Source of the DNA: an uncultured Allofournierella sp.
Lineage (GTDB): Bacteria; Bacillota; Clostridia; Oscillospirales; Ruminococcaceae
Direction of reading: 5' to 3'
DNA length: 64,000 bases
NCBI GenBank assembly: GCA_944382775.1
Contig: CALWNI010000001.1
Span: 56,104-120,103, forward strand
A program made the translations under genes and the position numbers. Positions 38,846 to 48,582 of the stretch are shown here, piece after piece. A model generated the notes under the pieces. That model was given only the letters and a program-made list of their open reading frames with translations. It did no database searches and was not told the origin of the DNA. Every line of letters starts with the position of its first letter. Positions within the stretch are counted from its first letter, which is position 1.

Positions 38846-40384
38846 ATGATGCAGGATTATAGGAACAAAGTTCGTGAAGACTTGAAAATGTTTGATGAGG
38901 CTACACGGGATTTTTATACCGGAAAGATGGATAAGCAGACCTATAAGGGAATTTCCGGCGGCTTTGGAAGCTACTCCGAAAAAGGCGGTAAGTCGGGCAT
39001 GCTGCGTTTGCGCATGACAGCCGGCCGTGTAACAAAAGAAAAGCTGGCCTTTGTGGTGGAAACCGCCGAGCGTTTGTCGGTAGATACCATGAAGCTGACC
39101 ACCTGTGAAACCATTCAGTTGCATCGTTTGACGGGCCGTCAAATTTTAGACGTTGCAACCAAGGCACTGGACGTGGGCATTGTATGCCGTGGCGGTGGCG
39201 GAGATCACCCCCGCAATGTTATGGTTCCGCCTTTGTCCGGCGTTTTGCCCGGCGAAACCTTTGACGTAATTCCGTATGCTGAGGCAGTTGCGGAGTATCT
39301 GCTGAGCATTCTGTATGAAATCAAGATGCCCCGTAAGCTGAAAATCGGTTTTGCCAACCACGAAAGCAACCAAACCCATGCAACCATGCGTGACTTGGGT
39401 TTTGTTGCAAAGCAGGACGGCACCTTTGATGTATACAGTGCAGGCGGCATTGGCCCCAACCCCAAAAAGGGTGTATTGGTGGCAACCGGTGTGGCAGGCG
39501 AAAAGATTCTGTACTATGTGCGCGCTATGGTAGACACCTTCTTAGCACACGGCAACTACGAACAGCGTGCCAAGGCCCGTACCCGCTACATGCAGGACAC
39601 TTTGGGCGAAGAAGGCTACCGCAAGGCATATCAGGAAAAGCTGGATGCAGTGCTGGCGGCCGGCGGCTTGGACATTAACGTGACAGCGCAGCCTGTTACC
39701 AAGCAGGGCAGCGGTGAATTGAGCGGTGACCGTGTGATTGCGCAAAAGCAGACCGGTCTGTATGCGGTATCCTACCATCCTCTGGGCGGCACTCCCACCC
39801 GCCAGGCATTGCGTGCAATTCTGGACACCATTCAGGATATGGAGGCCGTAGAGGTTCGCTTGGGTGCAGATGGTACGATGTATATCATCAACTGCACCGC
39901 AGAGGAAGCAACCAAGGTGTTGGAAGTAACCGAGGACGGCGCAAAAACTCGGTTTGAACATTCCGTTGCTTGCATCGGTGCTGCGATTTGCCAGCAGGGC
40001 GTTCGTGATTCTCAGGCTTTGTACCATGCCTGTGTCAATGCGGTGCGCGAGGCAAATCTGCCCGATGGCGCACTGCCTGTGATTCATATCTCGGGTTGCC
40101 CCTCTTCCTGCGGCACCCATCAGATTGGCGCACTGGGCTTCCATGGCGGCGTTAAGATGATTGATAAAGTGGCACATCCTGCCTTTACCCTGCATGTAAA
40201 TGGATGCGCAACCATGGGCAGCGAGCGTTTTGGCGAAAGCTGGGGCGTAATGTTGGAAGAGTCCATTCCTACTTTCTTGGTGGAAGTGGGTAAGCTGGTG
40301 GCACAAACCGGTAAATCCTTTGAAGAATGGCTGCCCGAGCATGTGGAAGAACTGCGTGCGGTAGCAGCAAACTATCTGGTATAA
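38846..40384 (+). CDS. Nitrite/sulfite reductase (siroheme-[4Fe-4S], ferredoxin-dependent type)
   Basis: MLRLRMTAG, DHPRNV, MPRKLKI, DLGF, CIGAAIC and ISGCPSSCG cofactor ligands. Confidence 0.88.
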   Translation: MMQDYRNKVREDLKMFDEATRDFYTGKMDKQTYKGISGGFGSYSEKGGKSGMLRLRMTAGRVTKEKLAFVVETAERLSVDTMKLTTCETIQLHRLTGRQILDVATKALDVGIVCRGGGGDHPRNVMVPPLSGVLPGETFDVIPYAEAVAEYLLSILYEIKMPRKLKIGFANHESNQTHATMRDLGFVAKQDGTFDVYSAGGIGPNPKKGVLVATGVAGEKILYYVRAMVDTFLAHGNYEQRAKARTRYMQDTLGEEGYRKAYQEKLDAVLAAGGLDINVTAQPVTKQGSGELSGDRVIAQKQTGLYAVSYHPLGGTPTRQALRAILDTIQDMEAVEVRLGADGTMYIINCTAEEATKVLEVTEDGAKTRFEHSVACIGAAICQQGVRDSQALYHACVNAVREANLPDGALPVIHISGCPSSCGTHQIGALGFHGGVKMIDKVAHPAFTLHVNGCATMGSERFGESWGVMLEESIPTFLVEVGKLVAQTGKSFEEWLPEHVEELRAVAANYLV

Positions 40385-40446
40385 AGAAAAAACGCCCGAT
40401 GTGTAAAGCACGTCGGGCGTTTTCTTATCAAAGAACAAGTTGGCGG

Positions 40447-41463
40447 TTAAACAACGGTAAGCTCACCGCGCAGGTCTTGTTCCATCCAATATTTAATGGT
40501 TTCTTTGTCGTATCCTTTGCTGAACAGATAGTACAGCTTGGCAACGGCGGCTTCGGTGGTCATGTCCAATCCGCTTACTGCCCCGGCGGCTTTTAAGCCG
40601 CTGCTGGTGGCGTAGGTACCAATATGTACAGCACCTTGTGGGCACTGGCTGCACACCGTTAAAATGGTACCGTGTGCAAAGGCTTTTTGAATCAAGGGCA
40701 GCAAAGCGTGGTTGTAGTCGGGAATGTTGCCTGCGCCAAAGGTTTCCAGCACAATTCCCTTTAATTTTTCGGTCAAGATGGAATCAAACAATTCAAACTG
40801 AATGCCGGGGAATACTTTCAGAACACCAATGGGGATTTTTTCAAGCAGTGCCAACTGAAGCGGGCCGCTGACCCTTGGTGTGCCAATGGCTGCTTGATTG
40901 TAACGGATATCCACCCCGGCGGTGGCTAGGGGCGGATAGTTGGGGGAAGAAAAGGCCTGCAAACCGTCGGCAGAGCTTTTCATGGCACGGTTGCCGCGCA
41001 GCAGTTGGCCGCCAAAATAAAGGCTAACCTCGTTTACACGACCGTCGGCGGCAATCAACAGGCTGGTTACCAGATTATCCCGCCCGTCGCTGCGAACCTG
41101 GCACAGGGGAATCTGGCTACCGGTAAATACAACCGGTTTGTTCAGGTTTTCCAGCATAAAGCTAAGGGCTGAGGCGGTATAGGCCATGGTGTCGGTACCG
41201 TGCAATACCACAAAGCCGTCAAATTCATGGTAGCGGTCGTAAATTGCCTGCCCAATGCTGCACCATTCCTGTACGGTAATGTTGGAAGAATCCAGCAATG
41301 GGTCCATCTCAATCAATTCCCACTGCGGCATTTCTGCGCTGTTTAAATCGGAAATAGACGCTAAAAGTTTTGCAAAACAACCGGGCATGGGAGCAAATCC
41401 ATGCTCGCTGGGCATCATGCCGATTGTGCCGCCGGTATATAAAATGCAGATGCGTTTTTTCAT
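40447..41463 (-). CDS. ansA: L-asparaginase type I
   Basis: ILYTGGTIGM, DSSN, VLHGTDTMAYTASALSF, TGSQIP, AFSSPN, DMTTEAAVAKL. Confidence 0.95.
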   Translation of the reverse strand: MKKRICILYTGGTIGMMPSEHGFAPMPGCFAKLLASISDLNSAEMPQWELIEMDPLLDSSNITVQEWCSIGQAIYDRYHEFDGFVVLHGTDTMAYTASALSFMLENLNKPVVFTGSQIPLCQVRSDGRDNLVTSLLIAADGRVNEVSLYFGGQLLRGNRAMKSSADGLQAFSSPNYPPLATAGVDIRYNQAAIGTPRVSGPLQLALLEKIPIGVLKVFPGIQFELFDSILTEKLKGIVLETFGAGNIPDYNHALLPLIQKAFAHGTILTVCSQCPQGAVHIGTYATSSGLKAAGAVSGLDMTTEAAVAKLYYLFSKGYDKETIKYWMEQDLRGELTVV

Positions 41464-41559
41464 CCCAAGGAACCCCTTTCCGCTTGTTGCGAATACAGTT
41501 GCTTTCAAATACCTAACAGCATAGCACAAAAAACGCACAGGGGCAACTGGGCAAAGCGA

Positions 41560-42312
41560 TTATTCCGGCAAGATACACCGTGGGGAAAGCTGGGTGTAAA
41601 TCGGGCTGAATCGGTCTGCCAAAAGGGCAGCACTATCAAGCGGAGTGGGGGTTTTAGCGGTGTTGCAAAGAGGAAGAGAAAGTGCGGCACGCAGGCCTTT
41701 TCCGGGTTGGCTTTCTATGGTGAACGTACCTTTAAAACGGCGTGCAAACAGGCTTGCCAAAGGCAAGCCAAGCCCAAAACTGGGCAGGTGAGAGTTGCTT
41801 TCAAAGGGCTGCAACGCACGGTGCTGGCGGTGCAGGGGAATGCCCAGCCCATTATCGCTGAGAATCAAAACAGCACGGCCTCCCTGCCGCATAATGTGAA
41901 TTGAGATAACAGGATGTGCCCCGCCATACAATAAACTGTTGCAGATTAAATTCAGTAATACCGTGATCAGTGCGGATTGGTTTACCGCTACGGGCAGGGC
42001 CGCGGTGTAGTGATTGAAACGCAGATTGTTTGGCGCGCTACACAGCACCTCTTGTGCGGCGTGAATTACCGCTGAACAATCGGCAGAAAAATCAATAATT
42101 TTTGCCTTGAGTAAGTTTTCGTGCAGGGCACTGTAACACTCTAAATTTTCGGCACAGCGCAGCATGCGGTATGCGGCTTGCAATAATTCGGGGCGAAGCG
42201 GATGCAAAGGGTCGGCGGCCAAAAAAGGGGCCAATTCGGTGCGCAAAGCCCCTGCCATACGCAGCCCGGCATCGGAACAGAATGCAGATAAAAGCATAAA
42301 AAAGGGCCTCAT
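41560..42312 (-). CDS. Soluble HATPase_c protein, histidine-kinase-like, lacking the phospho-His
   Basis: NLICNSLLYG, SDNGLGI, LQPF, GLGLPLA, ESQPGKG; H-box position reads GALRTEL. Confidence 0.7.
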   Translation of the reverse strand: MRPFFMLLSAFCSDAGLRMAGALRTELAPFLAADPLHPLRPELLQAAYRMLRCAENLECYSALHENLLKAKIIDFSADCSAVIHAAQEVLCSAPNNLRFNHYTAALPVAVNQSALITVLLNLICNSLLYGGAHPVISIHIMRQGGRAVLILSDNGLGIPLHRQHRALQPFESNSHLPSFGLGLPLASLFARRFKGTFTIESQPGKGLRAALSLPLCNTAKTPTPLDSAALLADRFSPIYTQLSPRCILPE

Positions 42313-42408
42313 TTCTGTTTTAATCCTTAGTTAGTTTGTACAAATGGATCAATTTTATCCGACAAAGTATGGAGAATAGCGGTTTTTTGAAAAATTCTTT
42401 GTACTTTT

Positions 42409-42426
42409 GTGTTAATTTCTTGACAA
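42409..42426. promoter_or_regulatory. Possible Rex operator upstream of the gap promoter
   Basis: GTGTTAA-TTTC-TTGACAA, 2 mismatches to TTGTTAANNNNTTAACAA; just upstream of TTGTAG(42431)-17-TACAAT(42454). Confidence 0.45.
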
Positions 42427-42499
42427 CCTCTTGTAGTTTTGCTGATTTTGGTATACAATAGAAAAGCATTAGTAATTCACCTTAAGGAGGATATTTACA

Positions 42500-43510
42500 A
42501 TGGCTGTTAAAGTTGCTATTAATGGTTTCGGCCGCATTGGCCGCCTGGCTTTCCGTCAAATGTTTGGTGCAGAGGGTTACGAGATCGTAGCGATCAACGA
42601 CCTGACCAGCCCCGAGATGCTGGCTCACCTGCTGAAGTACGACACCGCTCAGGGTCGTTACGACGGTCACACCGTTGAGGCTGGCGAGGGTTCCATCACT
42701 GTAGATGGCAAGAAGATCACCATCTACGCTAACCCCAATCCCGCTGAGCTGCCCTGGGGCGAGCTGGGCGTAGACGTTGTACTGGAGTGCACCGGCTTCT
42801 TCACCAGCAAGGCTAAGGCTCAGGCTCACATCGACGCTGGCGCTAAGAAGGTTGTTATCTCTGCTCCTGCTGACAAAGAGACCAAGACCATCGTATTCAG
42901 CGTTAACGAGAAGACCCTGACCAAGGAAGACACCATCATCAGCGCTGCTTCCTGCACCACCAACTGCCTGGCTCCCATGGCTAAGGCTCTGAACGACACC
43001 TACGCTATCCAGAGCGGTATCATGACCACCGTTCACGCTTACACTGGCGACCAGATGATTCTGGACGGCCCCCATCGTAAGGGTGACCTGCGTCGTGCTC
43101 GCGCTGGCGCAGCTAACATCGTTCCCAACAGCACCGGTGCTGCTAAGGCTATCGGCCTGGTTATCCCCGAGCTGAACGGCAAGCTGATCGGTTCTGCTCA
43201 GCGTGTTCCTGTTCCCACCGGTTCTACCACCATCCTGGTAGCTGTTGTTAAGGGCAAGGACGTTACCGTTGACAGCATCAACGCTGCTATGAAGGCCGCT
43301 GCTTCCGAGAGCTTCGGCTACAACACCGACGATATCGTTTCTTCCGACATCATCGGCATCCGTTACGGCAGCTTGTTCGACGCTACCCAGACCATGGTTA
43401 CCAAGATCGACGAAGAGACCTACCAGGTACAGGTTGTTTCTTGGTACGACAACGAGAACAGCTACACCAGCCAGATGGTTCGCACCATTAAGTACTTCGC
43501 TGAGCTGTAA
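42500..43510 (+). CDS. gap: Type I glyceraldehyde-3-phosphate dehydrogenase
   Basis: [25 protein letters not shown]; strong highly-expressed codon bias. Confidence 0.99.
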   Translation: MAVKVAINGFGRIGRLAFRQMFGAEGYEIVAINDLTSPEMLAHLLKYDTAQGRYDGHTVEAGEGSITVDGKKITIYANPNPAELPWGELGVDVVLECTGFFTSKAKAQAHIDAGAKKVVISAPADKETKTIVFSVNEKTLTKEDTIISAASCTTNCLAPMAKALNDTYAIQSGIMTTVHAYTGDQMILDGPHRKGDLRRARAGAANIVPNSTGAAKAIGLVIPELNGKLIGSAQRVPVPTGSTTILVAVVKGKDVTVDSINAAMKAAASESFGYNTDDIVSSDIIGIRYGSLFDATQTMVTKIDEETYQVQVVSWYDNENSYTSQMVRTIKYFAEL

Positions 43511-43532
43511 TCGCTTAACCTTAAGGTTTTTC

Positions 43533-43611
43533 AGTCCCGCACATTTGTGCGGGACTTTTTTGTTGTTTGTTATGCAAAAATCAGCCTGCGGCATGCCGCA
43601 GGCTGATTTTT
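43533..43611. terminator. Two adjacent hairpin terminators (gap and convergent pip)
   Basis: AGTCCCGCAC-ATTT-GTGCGGGACT+T-run; AAAAATCAGCCTGCGGCATGCCGCAGGCTGATTTTT. Confidence 0.8.
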
Positions 43612-43618
43612 CATCAAG

Positions 43619-45799
43619 TTACATCAAATGGGTATCCTTTAAACGGCGTTCAAAGAACTCGTTTAATTGAATCAGTGGGCGGCGCAGTACCAGGCCCAAC
43701 AGCAAGGAAATCGGCACAAAGACCAATAGCTTGCCTAAATCAACCCAGTAAGCATTTTGGTACATGCCGGCTACACATTCACGCACTGCGTTGATGGCGT
43801 GGGTAAAGGGCAGGAACGGGTTGACGGCTTGGAAGAATGCAGGGGTAACTTCAATGGGGAAGGTACCGCCTGAACCGGCAATTTGAATCACCAGTAAAAT
43901 AACCGCCAATGCTTTGCCAATGTCGCCAAAGGAAACGGTAAGTGCATAGATAATGTTGGTAAATACAAAACTGCTGCACATACCGGCTACAATAAACAAG
44001 AGCGGCTCTTTGCATTGAATTTCCAAAAAGTACAAATCGCCCAAAAAGATAATAACGGATTGCAGCAATCCAAAGGTTAAAAAGGTGAGATAACGCCCCA
44101 AATAGGTTTGGGTAGGCGTTAAATGATGTAAGGTTTCGTCTTCGTCCACATGCACCTTTAAAATGGCAACCAATACAACACCGCCAACCCACAGTGCCAA
44201 AACCGAGTAGAACGGTGCCATGGCAGAGCCGTAGTTTTCAATGCTGTAATAGGAGATTTGCTCTATTTGAACGGGTGCGGACATAAAATCACCCATCAAG
44301 GTGGGGTCTTGGGTCAGAATTTCAATGAGCTTTTGCAGTTGTTCATCCTCGCTCACATTTTGTACTTCGTTGATTACGGTTTGAATGTGGGAACGGGTGT
44401 TGTTGATGATGTCGTTGGTATCTTGCAATGCTTTTTTACCGGCGGAAAGTGCACTGTTTGTGTTGGCAAAAATTTCGTCCAAGTTGCTGATGCTGCCGTT
44501 TGCTGAGGTGAACAAACCGGACAAGTTTGAGTTCATGCTGCTGATGTTATCCAACATACTGCCCAGCTTAGGCTGAATGGTGGCAGTGTAGTTGCTTTTA
44601 AAATCATTTAAGCTGTTTTGAGCGGCAGTAAGCTGGCTGTTCACGTTTTGACGGGTAGAAGAGGATTGGTCTGCGGTTGCGTGCAGCTGGCTGCTGGTTT
44701 GATTTACCTTATCTTGAATGGCCTGCTGATGCTGGTTGTTGGCTTGAATTAAAGAAATTAAGCCGTCAATGGCAGTTTGTGTGCTTTCAAATCCTTCTTG
44801 GGGCAGCTGAGATTTTAAACCGGTCAGCATGTCGATAATTTGATTGTTTTGGGTTTCAATTACAGTGCTTACCGTGCCAAGTGTTGCAATGGTATCGGCT
44901 GCGGTGTGGGTGGAGTTTTCTAGGTTAGAAAGCACGTTGTTTGTAACATTCGAAACCGTGTTGTAAGCCTCACGGGTGGCGTTGAGGGTGCTGTCCAAAC
45001 TGCTGCCCAGCGAAGCGGAAGCCTCGCGGGAGTTGGTAAGTAAATCCTGTGTGTTTTTGGTGGTGCTGTTGGCTTGGTTTAAAATTTCCTGTGTGTTGGG
45101 CAGGGTTAATTGTGCCGCAGCAATCAAACTGCCAACCGAATCGCTTACCGAGCAGAAAGACTCGATGGATTTTTGATAATTGGATAGGTTGTAGTCGATA
45201 TCCTGTAGGGTGTTAATCAAGCGGTCAGATAAACGGGTTTGGTCATCATGCAATTGTGCGGTGGTGGTATCTAAGGCGGTTAAAATTGTTTTGGTGGCAA
45301 CGCTTACAAAGGTTTGGTTTATGGTTTGCTGTACGGTTTGCACGCCTTTATCGGTGATTTTAGGGGCAATGGCATTCTTTTTTTCGTTGATATAGTATTG
45401 AATGTTGGGACGCTGGATGTCATCGCTTAAAATGCTTGCCATCTTTTCGCTGAAATCCGAGGGCAGAACAATGGCGGCATAGTATTTGCCGGACATTACC
45501 CCATCAATGGCTTCTTCTTGGTCTAAAAAGGTCCAGCCAATTTGATTATTGGCTTTTAGGTTTGTAACAATTTCATCACCGATATCAATGGAAATACCGG
45601 AAATTTCGGCACCCTCATCATTGTTTACAACGGCAACCTCTAAACCGTTTGTATTGCCGTAGGGGTCCCAGTTGGCGGCAATATTAAACCAGGCATACAA
45701 AGCAGGCAGTACCGAGATGCCAATGGCAACAACAATGGCAATTACATTGCGGCTGATGCGCTTTAAATCGCGGCCATAAATTTTAAAAATTGTTTTCAT
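43619..45799 (-). CDS. YhgE/Pip domain membrane protein
   Basis: PALYAWFNIAANWDPYGNT, YYINEKKNAIAPKIT, long coiled coil, NYGSAMAPFYSVLALWVG, QIAGSGGTFPIE. Confidence 0.93.
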   Translation of the reverse strand: MKTIFKIYGRDLKRISRNVIAIVVAIGISVLPALYAWFNIAANWDPYGNTNGLEVAVVNNDEGAEISGISIDIGDEIVTNLKANNQIGWTFLDQEEAIDGVMSGKYYAAIVLPSDFSEKMASILSDDIQRPNIQYYINEKKNAIAPKITDKGVQTVQQTINQTFVSVATKTILTALDTTTAQLHDDQTRLSDRLINTLQDIDYNLSNYQKSIESFCSVSDSVGSLIAAAQLTLPNTQEILNQANSTTKNTQDLLTNSREASASLGSSLDSTLNATREAYNTVSNVTNNVLSNLENSTHTAADTIATLGTVSTVIETQNNQIIDMLTGLKSQLPQEGFESTQTAIDGLISLIQANNQHQQAIQDKVNQTSSQLHATADQSSSTRQNVNSQLTAAQNSLNDFKSNYTATIQPKLGSMLDNISSMNSNLSGLFTSANGSISNLDEIFANTNSALSAGKKALQDTNDIINNTRSHIQTVINEVQNVSEDEQLQKLIEILTQDPTLMGDFMSAPVQIEQISYYSIENYGSAMAPFYSVLALWVGGVVLVAILKVHVDEDETLHHLTPTQTYLGRYLTFLTFGLLQSVIIFLGDLYFLEIQCKEPLLFIVAGMCSSFVFTNIIYALTVSFGDIGKALAVILLVIQIAGSGGTFPIEVTPAFFQAVNPFLPFTHAINAVRECVAGMYQNAYWVDLGKLLVFVPISLLLGLVLRRPLIQLNEFFERRLKDTHLM

Positions 45800-46251
45800 G
45801 GGTGCGTTTCCTCCTGAACCTCGGATTGTTGTAAATCAAAGCGTGCATAATAATCTTTTATATACTCGGTTACAATTAAAATGGCTGAAAATAGAACAAT
45901 GGATGTTACCCATAAGGTTAAAAATAAAATTTTTGACTCCACACTAAACATGAGAGCCAAGAATAAAATAGGTAAAAGAATAATTGCGGCAAGGCAGGTA
46001 CGCTTGATGATGGGGTATCGTTTTAAAAACTGTTCTTTGCGTTGCTGAATCTGCAAGTTTTTTCGATAGCTGTTTGCGTATTGGGGGGCAATGCACTGCA
46101 ATAATACCGCAAGTTCCGCTTGATGCTTTGGCAGTTGCGAATCATAACATTCTTCCATGCGGTGCAACGTTTCGTTGTATGCTTGCTGTGTTAGTTCATC
46201 ATCCGGCTGGTTGGCGAAAATAGTAGCTGCCAACAACTCCAACGATTCCAT
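45796..46251 (-). CDS. Small 2-TM protein, translationally coupled to pip
   Basis: GAAAGGAG RBS; LFLALMFSVESKILFLTLWVTSI...TEYI; ATGA overlap with the pip start. Confidence 0.72.
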   Translation of the reverse strand: MESLELLAATIFANQPDDELTQQAYNETLHRMEECYDSQLPKHQAELAVLLQCIAPQYANSYRKNLQIQQRKEQFLKRYPIIKRTCLAAIILLPILFLALMFSVESKILFLTLWVTSIVLFSAILIVTEYIKDYYARFDLQQSEVQEETHP

Positions 46252-46579
46252 AAAAAGCTCCTTTCTGAAAGAAACAAAGGTGAAAGTAATTGAGTATTAT
46301 GCACAGAAAAACAAGTTGTATATTGTGAAAAGTTATAGAAACAATTATAATGCGAGAATGATAAGAATCAATCTTTTTTTCGGTAAAATGCGACAGATGC
46401 CGAAATGTGCCTAAAATATAGTAGGCAGAAAAAATTTTTTTAAAATTTTTTCAAAAATGTGAAATAAATCGAAGAGAACCTTCGTTTAATGAATATAGAA
46501 CAAATTCAATTTACTTAGCGGATAATAAAGGGGATCGCTTTGGTAAAATGAATGAAAAATAAATAAGGAGGTACTGGAT

Positions 46580-46918
46580 ATGAATTGGATGTGGATTGCA
46601 ACAGGAATGATTGCGGCCGGTATGGCAGTTGGGCTTTTATGGATGTGTGGCAGAAAAGGGCGCAAAGAGTCCAAAGGCGAGGTAAGCATGCTGGCAACCG
46701 TAAAGCGTGTGATTTATCGCAACGGGGAAACTTTTGTAGGTGTTTTTGCGGCACAAGGAAAAGAATTGCAGTTTGCCATTCCCGGGGAAATTGCGCGGCA
46801 GCTGCACGAGGGCGAGCGTGGCGTGCTGACCTATCGTGGAAGTGAGTTCGTATACTTTGTACCGCGGGAACATCTGTTTGAAACCGAAGAGGAAAACCAG
46901 TGGAGAGCAGCGTCCTAA
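46580..46918 (+). CDS. DUF2500-like membrane-anchored protein
   Basis: AAGGAGG RBS, N-terminal TM helix, C-terminal LHEGERGVLTYRGSEFVYF; terminator at 46938-46980. Confidence 0.65.
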   Translation: MNWMWIATGMIAAGMAVGLLWMCGRKGRKESKGEVSMLATVKRVIYRNGETFVGVFAAQGKELQFAIPGEIARQLHEGERGVLTYRGSEFVYFVPREHLFETEEENQWRAAS

Positions 46919-47062
46919 CAGGCGCATCTCGACGATAAAACAAAAAAACAGGCAGCATAATTGGCTGCCTGTTTTTGTTTTACAAGGTGGTTTGTTTTGT
47001 GGGGGCAATGTGATAAAATAAAAAAGAATTAGTAAAATGAATGGAATAAGGAGAATCTGTGC

Positions 47063-48535
47063 ATGCAAAAGCAATTAACCCGGGTATTTTCGGTGGGATT
47101 TGCACTGGTTTGGGGCTGGGTATGGCTCAATAGCATTTTGCGTTGGCAGTACAATGGCTTGGCTGCAGCGGCTGTTGGCGCAGCAATGTTTGGCGTTGGC
47201 TTTGCAATAACGCGGTTTGTTTTGTGTAAGTTGGATGAACTGCCTGCAAAGCAATTCCGAATTTTGATGATTGCCTGCCTTGTGATTTATGGCATTGGAT
47301 TGGGCTGGCTGGGCTTTTTGTTGGCGGAAGTGCCAATTATGGATATGAGCACGGTGCTGCAAAGCATACCCGACTTTTTGGATGACGGAATCCCGCAAGT
47401 GTGGGGGGCTTACTATGTTATCTGCAATAACAATTTAGGGCTGGCACTCTTGCTCACCGGTTGGTATGGCCTGCTTAGTTTGTTTGGTATTAGCCCAACA
47501 GGAGAAGCAGGCATTTATGCAGGCATTGTGCTGAATGTGATTGCAATTTTTGCATCGGTTGTGTTGGTTTGCGTATTGGCACGCCGTATTTTAAAACACA
47601 ACAGCGGTGTAATGTTGGCGTTTTTATGCTGTGTTGCCTTTTTGCCCTTTGTGCTTTGGTCACCCTGTTTTTACTCGGATACCTTGTCTATGCCGTTTGC
47701 CTTGTTGGTGTTGTGGGCGTGGACACAGTATCGCAAAGAGCGGCGGTTTCGTGTGCGTTTGGCGTTGTTGGCAGCTATGGCGTTGGCAGCCTTTGTGGGA
47801 TATGCCATTAAGGGTAGCATTGCAGTGGTTGTGGTTGCCTTGGTGATTCAGCTGTTTTTAGAGAAAAAATGGAAGCGTGCCCTTTGGGGCAGCGTGGTAA
47901 TTGTTTTGGTCTTTGTGGGCTGTTTGACCATGTACCAAACATGGCAGCACAGCGGATTGCTGGATTTTTCGGTGCAAGATGCAGAGGGATTTCCCATTGA
48001 ATTGTGGTTTGCCTATGGCAGCACCGGCGATGGTGATTATTCCGATGCGATTTGCCAAGCAGCAAAGGATTTGCCGGATTTGGAATCTCGCCGCCAGATG
48101 CTGCGCACATTGATTTGGGAGAATTACAATAGCTATACGCCTGCTTCCTTTGTGGAGTTTCTAACCCGAAAGGCCGCCATTACCTGGGGCGACGGTTTGT
48201 ATGATGCACAGGAGTTTTTAGCAACACCGTTAAAGGCAAATTGGACCCATCGGTTTATTTTGCAGGGACAAGCCGGATATATGCCCATGGTCTATTACTG
48301 CCAGGCTTATCAATATATGATTATGGGGCTGGTATGTTCCGGCGCCATTGGAGCGGTACGTCGTGCAAAACCCGGAACGCTGACCTTAGGCAGAATCATT
48401 GTATTTGGCGTGATGTTGTTTTTAAGTGTGTGGGAAACCAAAGCCCGCTACTCACTGAATGTAACACCCATTTTGTTATTGTTGGCAGTGGCAGAGCTTT
48501 GGCGTTTGGCACAGCCGCGCAAAATTGGGAAATAG
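47063..48535 (+). CDS. Polytopic membrane protein, GT-C / glycosyltransferase family 39-like
   Basis: Many TM helices, loop with D and NN motif, YSDTLSMPF, AIK, WETKARY. Confidence 0.65.
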   Translation: MQKQLTRVFSVGFALVWGWVWLNSILRWQYNGLAAAAVGAAMFGVGFAITRFVLCKLDELPAKQFRILMIACLVIYGIGLGWLGFLLAEVPIMDMSTVLQSIPDFLDDGIPQVWGAYYVICNNNLGLALLLTGWYGLLSLFGISPTGEAGIYAGIVLNVIAIFASVVLVCVLARRILKHNSGVMLAFLCCVAFLPFVLWSPCFYSDTLSMPFALLVLWAWTQYRKERRFRVRLALLAAMALAAFVGYAIKGSIAVVVVALVIQLFLEKKWKRALWGSVVIVLVFVGCLTMYQTWQHSGLLDFSVQDAEGFPIELWFAYGSTGDGDYSDAICQAAKDLPDLESRRQMLRTLIWENYNSYTPASFVEFLTRKAAITWGDGLYDAQEFLATPLKANWTHRFILQGQAGYMPMVYYCQAYQYMIMGLVCSGAIGAVRRAKPGTLTLGRIIVFGVMLFLSVWETKARYSLNVTPILLLLAVAELWRLAQPRKIGK

Positions 48536-48582
48536 AAAAAATCCTCAAACCAATGGGTTTGAGGATTTTTTTATTGCAAAGA

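Noticed and set aside
42482-43594. 370-aa antisense ORF over gap (similar long antisense ORFs over secA, thrS, msmX, cobW and the reductase)
   Set aside because: Mirror ORFs are expected from strong codon bias in highly expressed genes; no RBS or recognisable motifs
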